Shown one piece after another: positions 10,352 to 20,320 of a DNA stretch of 64,000 bases. Both the position numbers and the translations under genes were made by a program. The notes below the pieces were generated by a model. It was not told where the DNA came from. It searched no databases and was given only the letters and a program-made list of their open reading frames with translations. Every line of letters starts with the position of its first letter. Positions within the stretch are counted from its first letter, which is position 1. The DNA is from an uncultured Gemmatimonadota bacterium (GTDB taxonomy: Bacteria; SM23-81; DAOVCL01), in NCBI GenBank assembly GCA_964626665.1, contig CAZVGK010000010.1, positions 1-64,000 of the forward strand, read 5' to 3'.

Positions 10352-10577
10352 GAATCGTCAACTTTGTGTCAACTTTGCGTCAACCAACTTTTTACAGTGC
10401 AATTATAACTTTTGAGTTGTAACATATTGCCGAGAAATTGCCGAGAAATTGCCGAGAGAATTTATCTGTAGTGGTCGGATTTATCCGACCAGAAAGAAGC
10501 AATTTATAACTAAATGCTTGAAAGTCTGATAAATACAGGTATATTATCCCTTCTGAGATAAAGGATAAATTTAGGCT

Positions 10578-11561
10578 ATGAAAATTGATCCCTCCAAGAT
10601 AAGAGATGTGGAGAGACTACAGAGATACGAAAAGATCTTCAGGCTAATGCTTAAGTTTGATAGATTCTCAAGAGAGGACATCTGGCGGTGTAAAGAAAGT
10701 AAGCAACTTATAGGCAGAGCTATAAATCTCCTTGTAAAAGAGGGGTCACTTTGCAAAGAGCCTGGCAAAAATTTTAAATGGGAGCCTTCAAGAAAGCTAT
10801 TATACAAAAATGCTTGGGTAGATAGAGTCGTATCAACTCATCAATTAAAGAGATTAGATAAGTTAAGTAGGCCAAGGGAGAAACTTTTGACATTTGGGCC
10901 CGCGAAGCTTATGACCTCGGAACTTCTGGCTATTTTTCTAAGGGCGGGGATAAAGGGTAAAAGTGTTGTGAGTTTGGCCAGTGAGCTACTAAATAAATTT
11001 GGTGGAGTGCGGGGAATCTTTGAGGCATCCAATAAGGAGTTATTACAAGTTGAGGGGTTGGGAGTGGCAAAAGTTGCCCAGATTAAGGCTGTTCATGCCT
11101 TAGCTGAAGAATACTTAAAGGAAAAGACAAAAGCAAGGAGGGTTGTGAGAAACTCGAAGGAAATTTTTGACTATCTCTATCACACAATGCGTGATCTTAA
11201 AAGGGAAGTCTTTAAAGTTATTTTCTTAGATGGAGGAAATCAGATTATAGATATTAAAGATCTCTTTGAAGGCACACTGAATTCATCATCGATTTATCCG
11301 CGTGAAGTTATAAAAAATGCCATTGAGAATGACGCAGTTAATCTTGTTTTTGTCCATAACCATCCCTCAGGAAATCCAGAGCCCTCTCAGAGCGATAAGG
11401 ATATAACGGAGGAACTGGTCTTTGCTGGAAACCTTATGCAGATTAAGGTCTTGGATCATATCATCATAGGTGACAATAAATATTTTAGTTTTGCAGATGA
11501 GGGACTGATTGAAGAATATCATCTTAATTTTTTGAGTATGAAAAGAGGCAAGAATGTTTAA
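10578..11561 (+). CDS. radC: RadC/JAB-domain protein with N-terminal extension
   Basis: RPREKL, HhH motif GLGVAK, YPREV, HNHPSG..PS..D and LDHIIIG. Confidence 0.9.
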   Translation: MKIDPSKIRDVERLQRYEKIFRLMLKFDRFSREDIWRCKESKQLIGRAINLLVKEGSLCKEPGKNFKWEPSRKLLYKNAWVDRVVSTHQLKRLDKLSRPREKLLTFGPAKLMTSELLAIFLRAGIKGKSVVSLASELLNKFGGVRGIFEASNKELLQVEGLGVAKVAQIKAVHALAEEYLKEKTKARRVVRNSKEIFDYLYHTMRDLKREVFKVIFLDGGNQIIDIKDLFEGTLNSSSIYPREVIKNAIENDAVNLVFVHNHPSGNPEPSQSDKDITEELVFAGNLMQIKVLDHIIIGDNKYFSFADEGLIEEYHLNFLSMKRGKNV

Positions 11562-12383
11562 GCCAATATTTAGATATACAAATAGAATAGTACGGTTACT
11601 TACCAGGATTTCTGCAGCAAGAGAGGTAATCCTAAATTCACCTTTAATTCCCAGATGGGAAGTCGCTTTAAGGCGTGAAGCAATAATTCACAGTGCCCAT
11701 TCATCCACCAGCATTGAGGGAAACAGGTTATCTTTGGAACAGGTAAGCGACTTAGCCCAGGGAAGAGAGGTGATGGCTACCCGGAAGGATAAATTGGAGG
11801 TTTTGAACTATTTAAGGGTATTAGGGAATCTCGGTAAATTAACTAAGGGAGAGAAAATCACCGACCCATTTTTGAAGCAGGAATAGTCCATTATGAATTT
11901 GTCAGAATTCATCCCTTTGTTGACGGGAACGGCAGAACTGCAAGAGTCCTGGCAACTTTGATTCTGTATCTACGGGGCTTTGACACCAAACAGTTCTTTT
12001 GCCTTGACGATTATTATGACTCAGATAGGCCGGCTTATTACAGAGCATTACAAAGCGTTGACCAAGAAACTCTGGATCTGACCAACTGGTTGGAATATTT
12101 TGTCGAAGGGGTAAATATAAGCATTGAGGCAGTTAAAGAAAGAGTAATTAGACTCAGTAGTGAAAGGTTGAGGAAGGCGAAAAGAGGACAGATTGCTTTA
12201 ACTGAAAGACAGATGCAGATAGTAGAATTTATAAACCAGAACGGTAGAATAGCAATTGGTGATATCTCAAAGATGTTTAAAATCACCAGACAGGCTGCGC
12301 TAAAAGAAGTTTCCAAATTAGTGGATCTGGAAGTAGTTAAATTGAGTGGGAAAGGGAGAGGCGCCCACTACATATTGGCATGA
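11554..12383 (+). pseudogene. Fic-family protein (Fic + C-terminal HTH) broken by an internal deletion/frameshift near 11865
   Basis: The N-terminal part has STSIEGN. The Fic motif HPFVDGNGRTAR (~11910-11945) is in the frame of the 11958..12383 ORF. The central Fic region appears to be missing. Confidence 0.85.
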
Positions 12384-12425
12384 AATCGGTTGTCGTTTTG
12401 GTTGTCGTTTTTTGAGGGAGTAAGT

Positions 12426-14375
12426 ATGAATAAACTCAGCAATGAAGAAATTGCGCTTATAACCAAATGTCTGAAAGAAGGTAAGCCCCTTCCTGATAGT
12501 TACAGATATATTATCCCTTTCGAAACAAAGAAGGAGTATGAGCTTACTTATGACGGCAAAGAGCGAGAGGAGGACATCCTTGCAGACACAATGGCGGTTC
12601 CTCTGCAACCGGTAAAGACATTCGGCAATGGTAATAATGCTTGGACTAACAAACTGATATTTGGGGATAATCTTCAAGTTCTCAAAGCCCTAATGGATGA
12701 TCCTGAGGTTTATGATAAAAACACAGGTAGGGGAAAAGTAAGGCTAATTTATATTGATCCTCCTTTTGCTACAAAACAGGAATTCAGAGGAAGTCAGGAT
12801 CAGAAGGCTTATCAAGACAAGATCGTAGGTGCACAGTTCTTAGAATTTCTGAGAAAAAGGCTTGTCTTCTTAAGAGAGCTCTTGGCTGATGATGGAAGCA
12901 TTTATGTGCATTTGGATTGGAAGAAAGGACATTATGTAAAAACACTAATGGATGAGATGTTTGGAGAACACAAATTTTTGAACGAAGTTATTTGGTGTTA
13001 TCGGGAAAGAGAAACCTCTACACGCTTTTATAACCGCAAGCATGAAGTAATCTTTTTCTATTGTAAATCAGATAGTTATCCATTTAATTTTAATGAAATA
13101 AGAGACGAATATAGTCAAGTAACTAAAGCTAAGTTTAAATATAAAGATGAAGAGGGATACTATAGGATTCGAGCTAAAGATGGGAGAAGCGATGTAGAAG
13201 AAGGAGTCGATACATATAGGCAATATATAGGGAAAGGAGTACTACCTCGTGATTGGACAATTATTCCATTCATTAATCAAGCTTCGACTGAGCGCGTGGG
13301 TTTCCCTACTCAGAAACCAGAAAGACTCTTAGAACGTATCATCAAAGCTTCCTCCAATCCAGGTGACATTGTCCTCGATGCCTTTGCTGGTTCCGGCACA
13401 ACAGGAGCAGTAGCAGAAAAACTTGGTAGAAGATGGATAATGATTGATTGCGGTAAATTAGCCATTTATACTATGCAAAAGAGATTGCTCAATTTAAGAG
13501 AAGAAATTGGAAACCGTGGAAAACCCCTAAAGCCAAAGCCTTTCACCCTCTATAATGCTGGGCTTTATGATTACAAGATGGTCAAAGACCTGCCCTGGGA
13601 TAAATACAGGGAATTTGTGCTTAAACTTTTCCAATGCCGGGATGAACCACATAGGATTGCTGGAATAGAATTAGACGGCTATCTTGGAGCAGATTCTGTG
13701 ATGGTTTTCAACTATAAAAAGTATGAGGATGTTATTTTGGATCGGGGATTTATTGATGACCTTCATAACATCCTTGGTGACAAAGTAGGCTATAAGTTCT
13801 TTATTATTGCTCCAGCAGCAAGCGTTACATTCTTTGAGGATTATATTGAAAAGCCCCGACAAAGTCGGGGTAAAGTCCAGACAAAATATTTTGCCCTGAG
13901 GATTCCGTATTCTATAATTGATGAACTCCACCGGAAGGGATTTAGCCACATCAAACAACCTATAAGAGAAGCAGATGTCAACGATACGATTGATGCGGTG
14001 GGATTCGATTTTATCCAAATTCCCGATGTGGAATGCGACTACTTTGTTGAATCCAAAAAGGGACAACTTAAAATAGACAAAAGCAATAAGGAAGCAGTGA
14101 TCAAGATCAAGAAGTTTAAAAGCAACATCTTATCAAAGAAACCTCTTAAATTCGAGAACAGAGAAACTCTTTCAATGGTAATGGTGGATTATGATTATAA
14201 TGGCCGTGTATTTGATTTTGATGATGTCTTTTATGCTGAAGATTTAAAGAAACAAGACTGGGAAGTCCGTTTTGATGCTAATAAAATAAACGGCCAGATG
14301 ATGACTATCTATATCGATATTTTTGGGAACGAGAAAAGGGAAGTAAAAAAGCTAAAGGATTTTAGGAAAAAGTGA
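12426..14375 (+). CDS. mod: Type III restriction-modification methyltransferase (Mod)
   Basis: IFGDNL, YIDPPF (motif IV), [16 protein letters not shown] (beta-class order) and a long C-terminal extension. ATG 12426 follows RBS GAGGGAG. Confidence 0.88.
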   Translation: MNKLSNEEIALITKCLKEGKPLPDSYRYIIPFETKKEYELTYDGKEREEDILADTMAVPLQPVKTFGNGNNAWTNKLIFGDNLQVLKALMDDPEVYDKNTGRGKVRLIYIDPPFATKQEFRGSQDQKAYQDKIVGAQFLEFLRKRLVFLRELLADDGSIYVHLDWKKGHYVKTLMDEMFGEHKFLNEVIWCYRERETSTRFYNRKHEVIFFYCKSDSYPFNFNEIRDEYSQVTKAKFKYKDEEGYYRIRAKDGRSDVEEGVDTYRQYIGKGVLPRDWTIIPFINQASTERVGFPTQKPERLLERIIKASSNPGDIVLDAFAGSGTTGAVAEKLGRRWIMIDCGKLAIYTMQKRLLNLREEIGNRGKPLKPKPFTLYNAGLYDYKMVKDLPWDKYREFVLKLFQCRDEPHRIAGIELDGYLGADSVMVFNYKKYEDVILDRGFIDDLHNILGDKVGYKFFIIAPAASVTFFEDYIEKPRQSRGKVQTKYFALRIPYSIIDELHRKGFSHIKQPIREADVNDTIDAVGFDFIQIPDVECDYFVESKKGQLKIDKSNKEAVIKIKKFKSNILSKKPLKFENRETLSMVMVDYDYNGRVFDFDDVFYAEDLKKQDWEVRFDANKINGQMMTIYIDIFGNEKREVKKLKDFRKK

Positions 14376-14540
14376 TAAATGTCTAAATTTTGTGTGAAAC
14401 AATAAGTTCACAAATAACCGAGTTAATTTTGTCACGAAACAAAATGGTTCGTTGTTTAGATAACTATGTTGCTGGGCACATGGAATATTTAGATTTAAAG
14501 ACAAGCCATCTAAAAATTTAGGGTTAAGGAGGAATCTGCA

Positions 14541-16214
14541 ATGAAAAAGGATCTCCAAATACCAAGAGAAGGGACCTTACCTATAAAAGTTAGTAAAGAT
14601 GTAGTTAAGCACTTAAGTATTGGGTTATACAGAAATTTTGCTTTGGCTGTCAAGGAGCTTATTTCGAACTCATATGATGCAGGCGCTACAGAAGTCAAGA
14701 TAAAATTAGATTTGGAGAATAGAAGAATCATAATCAGGGATAATGGCAGGGGGATGGACTATAACGAATTTAAAGAGGAATATCTCCGAATTGGTTTTTA
14801 CAAAGAGCCAGCAAAATCTGCAGATGAATTGGGACGTATGCGAATAGGCACATTTGGGATAGGGTTTCTAGCTCCATTACCCTACTGCAAAATAATGCGG
14901 GTAATCACTAAGAAAAGAGGCAGTAATACAACCATTGAAGCTACTGTAAATGCTGAAAATTTCTTTAGAAAGGGGACTTGGGATATTAAAAAAGAGAAGG
15001 TTCCTTTTAAAACTTATGATAGTGATTTACCCAAAAAAGAGGGAGAGACTATAATAGTTCTTGAGGATATTGAACCTCAGGTTGCTGAAGAGTTAAAAAG
15101 AGACGTTAGGGGAAAAAGATCTATCGAGCACAGTGGATTTGGGAAATTTAGATGGACACTATGTCAATATGCGCCTATTCAATTTTCTTCTGATAGAAAG
15201 AATTTGAGAGATTTCTTTGATGTACCAAACAGAGTTCCGATGAGATTATGGCTTGATGGTGAAGAACTTTTTAGAAATGTACCGGAAGGAGTTAAAATTT
15301 TGGAAAGGGGTGAAGAAAAATTTGGTGACATCTTCCTGAGATATGTCATAATGAGCCCTTATGACCCAATTAAACCAGAAGAGGCTCGAGGTCTTCAAGT
15401 TAGATTAAGAGATGTGGCAATAGGTTTCCCAAGAGACTTTGATGTTACGAAATTAGGTAGAGTCCTTGGAAAGTTGAATATGATTTGTGGTGAAGTTCAT
15501 ATAGTGAAGGGATTGGATAGTGCTTTGATGGTGAATAGAGACCAGTTTAACTATACCCAAGAAGTTGCTAATATGTATAAATTTTTCCAAGGCAAACTGA
15601 CAAAATGGAATGATAGACTCTATAATCAAATAGAAGAAGATAGAAAGGTTTATGATGCCTTAGGGGATCTAAAAAATGATGATGAAATTGTAGAGGGGTT
15701 AAAAAAGGTAGAGATTATTCATTTCTCCAAAGAAAGATTAAGATTCCAAGAAAAACCTATCACTAAAACAAGAAAAACTAAAGCTGAGATACCGTCAAAA
15801 AAGATAGTTAAGGTCTTATCAGAAACTAAGAAAAAGGATTATAAGATAATTCCCAAAAAAGGCGAGATATCCTCTGAAGAATCACCTATAAGGATATTAC
15901 CCGAAAAGAAGTCGATAGAAGTATACGAAGACCACCCTGCTTTTGTTGAAACTATAAAGATAGGAGAAAGAGAATTTAGAGTTGAATATGATGAATGGGA
16001 CCATAGTAAAACACCATATTCAATTTGTAGATTGCATGATGGGGAAAATAAGGTAGTATTCAATACATCACATCCGCTATTTAAAAGCAAATTAAGTGAT
16101 GAGATCATAAAACAATTGTCGTTGGGTATAGTCCTTATCCTAAAAGATAAAGAAGATGGGGAAGAGCTAATAGAGAAACTTAACCACCTGCTTGAAGATA
16201 CATTTAAGGGATAG
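14541..16214 (+). CDS. GHKL (MORC/HSP90-like) ATPase
   Basis: Bergerat-fold motifs ELISNSYDA, DNGRGM and GTFGIGF; C-terminal N.SHPLF; RBS AAGGAGG. Confidence 0.8.
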   Translation: MKKDLQIPREGTLPIKVSKDVVKHLSIGLYRNFALAVKELISNSYDAGATEVKIKLDLENRRIIIRDNGRGMDYNEFKEEYLRIGFYKEPAKSADELGRMRIGTFGIGFLAPLPYCKIMRVITKKRGSNTTIEATVNAENFFRKGTWDIKKEKVPFKTYDSDLPKKEGETIIVLEDIEPQVAEELKRDVRGKRSIEHSGFGKFRWTLCQYAPIQFSSDRKNLRDFFDVPNRVPMRLWLDGEELFRNVPEGVKILERGEEKFGDIFLRYVIMSPYDPIKPEEARGLQVRLRDVAIGFPRDFDVTKLGRVLGKLNMICGEVHIVKGLDSALMVNRDQFNYTQEVANMYKFFQGKLTKWNDRLYNQIEEDRKVYDALGDLKNDDEIVEGLKKVEIIHFSKERLRFQEKPITKTRKTKAEIPSKKIVKVLSETKKKDYKIIPKKGEISSEESPIRILPEKKSIEVYEDHPAFVETIKIGEREFRVEYDEWDHSKTPYSICRLHDGENKVVFNTSHPLFKSKLSDEIIKQLSLGIVLILKDKEDGEELIEKLNHLLEDTFKG

Positions 16215-16220
16215 AGGATA

Positions 16221-16958
16221 ATGACCGAGATTGTTTTAATAAAAGACAGACTGATAGATAAGCTATGGATTCCAATTGCTATTGCTGGTGGTAAAATCTT
16301 ATACTCCCGCCGAAAGAAAAATAAAAGAATGAAAGTGCTGACACTTACACACCATAGTAATTGTCGAGAAACAGACGAATTTATAAAAAATAAACTAACA
16401 AATAAGGAATTAATAGTTGGGTGGAATAAAGGAACTACTGAAGCTATACGATTAGAGGGTGAAAGATTAGGATCAGTTGTTGGACCCTATGTTTATGAAG
16501 ATTCTATAATCGGGGGGATGCCCGATGTTCAGAATAAATTTCCTTTTGATATACTCAACTTAGATTTTTCTTCTCAAAATCCTGAATCAGAAGGTGAAAG
16601 AGGAGAAAGAGAAATCCTTAGTATAGAACATACAATTAATCTGCAAGCAGATAAGAGAAATGATGGAATGGTTTTGATATATACAACACTTTTGGATTCT
16701 AATCCATTGAATCTAAATGAGATAAAACAGAGTTCTGATAATATCGGAATTCAAGGATGGGGTGGATTATCTATTGATAGACTACCTTACAATACAACAG
16801 ATTATCGTGAGAAAATCAGATGCTTGAAAGAGATACTCCAGCAGATATTCTCCAAATATCAGTATGAAAACATTGAAGATTTTGATCCATTATGTATAGG
16901 ACTATCTAATGGTTCTGGATACGTTTTATCGATTGGGGTATTATTAATAAGGAGTTGA
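16221..16958 (+). CDS. Hypothetical protein, possibly a degenerate Rossmann/SAM-MTase-like fold
   Basis: 245-aa ORF with an RBS, in an operon. FPFDILNLDF resembles strand 4 of class I MTases (weak). Confidence 0.55.
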   Translation: MTEIVLIKDRLIDKLWIPIAIAGGKILYSRRKKNKRMKVLTLTHHSNCRETDEFIKNKLTNKELIVGWNKGTTEAIRLEGERLGSVVGPYVYEDSIIGGMPDVQNKFPFDILNLDFSSQNPESEGERGEREILSIEHTINLQADKRNDGMVLIYTTLLDSNPLNLNEIKQSSDNIGIQGWGGLSIDRLPYNTTDYREKIRCLKEILQQIFSKYQYENIEDFDPLCIGLSNGSGYVLSIGVLLIRS

Positions 16959-17734
16959 GTGATATGACAATCTTTAAGGTAAGTGATCTCCCAACTGAAA
17001 CAAGAACTACTCACGAAAGTCAGAACAAATGGCGCAGAGAAAATTGGCAAAAAACATTAAAAGAACATAAACAAGATATTGAAGGACTTTTAAAGAAAAT
17101 TAGCTTATTTGACATCTGGTCTAACAAGTTGCAACACAATGATGTTGCTGTAAAATTAATTCCAGAAATTTTTATGGATGCTTATATTTCGATTCATTTT
17201 GCTGGTTATGGTCTTTATAAATATGCTCACATGTGTTTACGTTCTGAAATGGAAACAGCACTACGCTTGGTATTTTTCTCAACCCATAAAATTGAGTTTG
17301 AATGGTGGTCTGAAGGGAATGAATGGTACCGAGAAGAACTAAATTGGCCAGATGTTTGGGGCAAAGGATACAACTATTTTAGACAATTGGATGAAATAAA
17401 GGAATTTGAAAAACTGTGTGAAGATAATAAGAAATTATTTGGTGGGAGTAAAGTAGGTGTAAGTCGAGTCCACAAAGAACTATCAAAATTTATACATAGT
17501 GGTGCTGGTCATTTCCAAACAAGGGCAGATAGAGTTTCACCAAAACACGATCCAGGTGAATTCAGGAGATGGTATAAAACTTATGAAAAAGTACAAGCTT
17601 ATATCCATACAATATTTGCATTAGGATTTGCAGATAAATTTAAAAATATGCCTACCACTCGAAAAAATAAGATTTTAGATACTGGCATGGACGAATATTA
17701 TAAAGAAAAAGTGAAACAAATCTTGGGGTTATAG
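16955..17734 (+). CDS. Hypothetical alpha-helical protein, possibly a divergent HEPN-like domain
   Basis: Translationally coupled to the upstream gene. LRSEMETAL and KELSKFIHS patterns (weak). Confidence 0.55.
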   Translation: MSDMTIFKVSDLPTETRTTHESQNKWRRENWQKTLKEHKQDIEGLLKKISLFDIWSNKLQHNDVAVKLIPEIFMDAYISIHFAGYGLYKYAHMCLRSEMETALRLVFFSTHKIEFEWWSEGNEWYREELNWPDVWGKGYNYFRQLDEIKEFEKLCEDNKKLFGGSKVGVSRVHKELSKFIHSGAGHFQTRADRVSPKHDPGEFRRWYKTYEKVQAYIHTIFALGFADKFKNMPTTRKNKILDTGMDEYYKEKVKQILGL

Positions 17735-17737
17735 ATT

Positions 17738-18856
17738 ATGAAAAACAATATTATCAAGAGTGTAGAACATGGTTCAAATTATAAAATAACAATGGATAAT
17801 CACATTAAAACAGCGCCTTCAACGAGATATCAGGGAAGTAAACGACGCATTCTACCTTGGTTATATGAAAATTTAAGAGATTTAAAATTTAAGGCTGTCT
17901 TGGATGGATTTGGCGGGACTGCAAGCGTCAGTTATTTATTTAAATTAATGGGTAAAAAAGTAACTTTTAATGATATACTTTTATCAAATTACCAAACGGG
18001 GATTGCGCTTGTCGAAAATGATTCAGTAAAATTAGATCAAAGCGATATAGAGTTTCTACTTCACGAAAGTGGATTTGAGTATCCGACATTCATACAGGAT
18101 ACATTTAAAGGAATTTATTATTTAGATATAGAGAATAGATGGCTCGATATGGTTTCATTAAATATAGAAAAGTTATCTGAAAAATATAAGGGAGAAATAT
18201 TAAGAAAGAAAAAGGCTTTAGCATATCACATTTTATTTCAAGCTTGTTTGTGTAAACGGCCTTTTAACCTATTTCACAGAAAAAATCTTTATTTAAGAAC
18301 AGCGAATATCAAAAGAAGTTTTGGAAATAAGAAGACGTGGGATACAAATTTTAAAATTTTGTTTCTTCGGGTTCACAATGAAATTTCACAAAAAATTTTT
18401 TCTAATGGTCTAAACAATAAAGCAGTATGCAAAGACATAATGAAGATAAAGAATCGAAACTTTGATCTTGTTTATTTAGATCCTCCATATACAAGACCTA
18501 ATGAAAAATTTCCAAAGGACTACCATTCTCTGTATCATTTTCTTGAGGGATTAGTTGTTTATCATAATTGGCCTAAAAAAATAGATTGGAATACCAAGAA
18601 TAGACGACTAATTAATGGGAAAAATGATTGGAACAAGGGTTCCTTAGAAAAAAACTTTAATCAGCTTTTTAAGAAATTTCAAGATTCTATAATCGTTCTC
18701 TCATATGGGGATCCTGGAACTCCATCTATACAAAAAATTAAAGAACTCCTACGACAGTACAAATCTAAAATAAATATCGTGAGAAGAGAATACAAATACA
18801 AACTAAATCATAATAATGGGGATGGAATGCACGAAGTCTTGATAATTGGAAGGTAA
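17738..18856 (+). CDS. DNA adenine methyltransferase (D12/Dam-FokI-like, alpha class)
   Basis: RYQGSK, then DGFGGTASVS (motif I) before YLDPPY (motif IV). Confidence 0.85.
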   Translation: MKNNIIKSVEHGSNYKITMDNHIKTAPSTRYQGSKRRILPWLYENLRDLKFKAVLDGFGGTASVSYLFKLMGKKVTFNDILLSNYQTGIALVENDSVKLDQSDIEFLLHESGFEYPTFIQDTFKGIYYLDIENRWLDMVSLNIEKLSEKYKGEILRKKKALAYHILFQACLCKRPFNLFHRKNLYLRTANIKRSFGNKKTWDTNFKILFLRVHNEISQKIFSNGLNNKAVCKDIMKIKNRNFDLVYLDPPYTRPNEKFPKDYHSLYHFLEGLVVYHNWPKKIDWNTKNRRLINGKNDWNKGSLEKNFNQLFKKFQDSIIVLSYGDPGTPSIQKIKELLRQYKSKINIVRREYKYKLNHNNGDGMHEVLIIGR

Positions 18857-19016
18857 AGATTAAGAGAAGAATTGATTTAGAACTAATTGAATCATATAAA
18901 TTTAAGTCTGAGTCCGAATTTAGCAAAGATTATATAATCTGTTTTAAATGGGTGATAAAACGCTAAAGAATTTAGGAATAGAGAGTAATAATCTTATTGT
19001 TTCACACAAAATTTAG

Positions 19017-19133
19017 GATCTCGTTTTGAAGGTTTCTCCAAAGATTGACCCTGAAAAATTTGATGTAAATAAGTATGAGCCTTTCTGGATGCCCTTTGTG
19101 GAGAGAAGGGGGGGCAGAAAATGGCTATAAGGG
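19017..19133 (+). pseudogene. Relic of a res gene 5' end
   Basis: Translates to DLVLKVSPKIDPEKFDVNKYEPF; the intact Res has DLVLRVSPNIDPEKFDINKYEPF. Then frameshifted and truncated. Confidence 0.85.
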
Positions 19134-19159
19134 AGTTGAGTCTTTATTAGGAGGTTGAA

Positions 19160-20320
19160 ATGGATAAAGAGGAATTAACAGAGATAATAGAAAAAGGGGA
19201 AGATTCGTTTACCGAATTCAAGGAGGAAAAGGTTCATCCTGATGATTTGGCTGCTGAGATGGTTGCTTTTGCCAATACTGAAGGCGGAAAAATACTATTG
19301 GGAGTTTCTGATAAAAAAGAGATTAAAGGTCTATCAATACCCGATAAAGAAATGCAGAGGGCTGAGAATATCTCTCATAATAATTGTGAACCGTCACTTG
19401 CTGTAAGTATAGAAAAAGTTAAGGTCAATAAAAAAATGATCTTATGTATTTACATATCCAAAGGGCCAGAAAGACCTTATAGGACAAATAGAGGCGTATA
19501 TTATATCAGGACAAGTTCTGGTAGAAGGCAAGCCACAAGAGAAGAACTTCTGAGGCTCTATCAGGCAACTCGTTCCATTTATTATGATGAACTGCCCGTG
19601 CCTGCAACTTCTGTTGATGAATTGGACATACTTTATTTCAGAAGATTTTTTGAAAGTTTTTACCAGACAAAGATTGAAGATATGAACGCTGACTTGAATA
19701 AGCTATTAGAGAACATGAAGGTTTTAACATGGATGGATGAGAAGTTAGTCTTTACTGTCGGGGGTTATCTTTTATTTGGATTAAATCCGCAGAAAGAGTT
19801 TCCGTTTGGCAAAATTACAATTGCGAAATTTGATGGTAATGAGATAGGAGAGGAATTTGAGAAAAAGGACTTGGAAGGAAAACTTGTTGAACAGATTGAT
19901 GGTGCAGACAGAGTCTTAAATCAATATCTTAAAACAAAGGTTAAGATTGAAGGATTTGGAAATGAATTAAAATTTGAAATTCCAAAGGGAGTATTGAGAG
20001 AAGCTGTAGTCAATGCCATTGCCCATCGTGATTATCATATCCCTTCTCAAATTCGCATCTTCATATTTGATAACAGATTGGAGATTATGAGCCCCGGAAA
20101 ATTACCCAACACAGTTACCCTGGAAAACATAAAGTTAGGTGTGCATTCAGAACGGAATCAACTCATTGTTTCCTATCTTGCAAAGATGGGCTATATGACC
20201 CAGATTGGAACTGGTGTTCCCAGAATGATCAGGCTTCTAAAAGAGCATACTGGCAAAGAACCTGAATTTGAAGAGCGAGACCATCAATTCACAGTGAGAA
20301 TCTGGAGACCGGATTTATGA
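19160..20320 (+). CDS. Schlafen/AlbA_2 domain protein with C-terminal HATPase_c_4-like domain
   Basis: GEDSFTEFKE, AFANTEGG.I.LGV, REAVVNAIAHRDY, SPGKLP and GTGVPR. Confidence 0.85.
   Translation: MDKEELTEIIEKGEDSFTEFKEEKVHPDDLAAEMVAFANTEGGKILLGVSDKKEIKGLSIPDKEMQRAENISHNNCEPSLAVSIEKVKVNKKMILCIYISKGPERPYRTNRGVYYIRTSSGRRQATREELLRLYQATRSIYYDELPVPATSVDELDILYFRRFFESFYQTKIEDMNADLNKLLENMKVLTWMDEKLVFTVGGYLLFGLNPQKEFPFGKITIAKFDGNEIGEEFEKKDLEGKLVEQIDGADRVLNQYLKTKVKIEGFGNELKFEIPKGVLREAVVNAIAHRDYHIPSQIRIFIFDNRLEIMSPGKLPNTVTLENIKLGVHSERNQLIVSYLAKMGYMTQIGTGVPRMIRLLKEHTGKEPEFEERDHQFTVRIWRPDL

Larger units (their letters stand above)
14383..19016. mobile_element. Putative non-autonomous transposon or cassette bounded by perfect 24-bp inverted repeats
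   Basis: ctaaattttgtgtgaaacaataag (14383-14406) is the exact reverse complement of cttattgtttcacacaaaatttag (18993-19016). Four AT-rich cargo genes and no transposase. Confidence 0.7.

Noticed and set aside
12390-12425. ORF-track start of mod; ggttgtcgtttt x2 as a phase-variation tract
   Set aside because: The RBS supports ATG 12426, so the two-copy repeat lies outside the CDS and is too short for a typical phasevarion SSR.
18945-18990. Possible relic of the mod 3' end (gctaaagaatttaggaa vs gctaaaggattttaggaa at 14351)
   Set aside because: The match is short and AT-rich; it cannot be distinguished from chance by eye.
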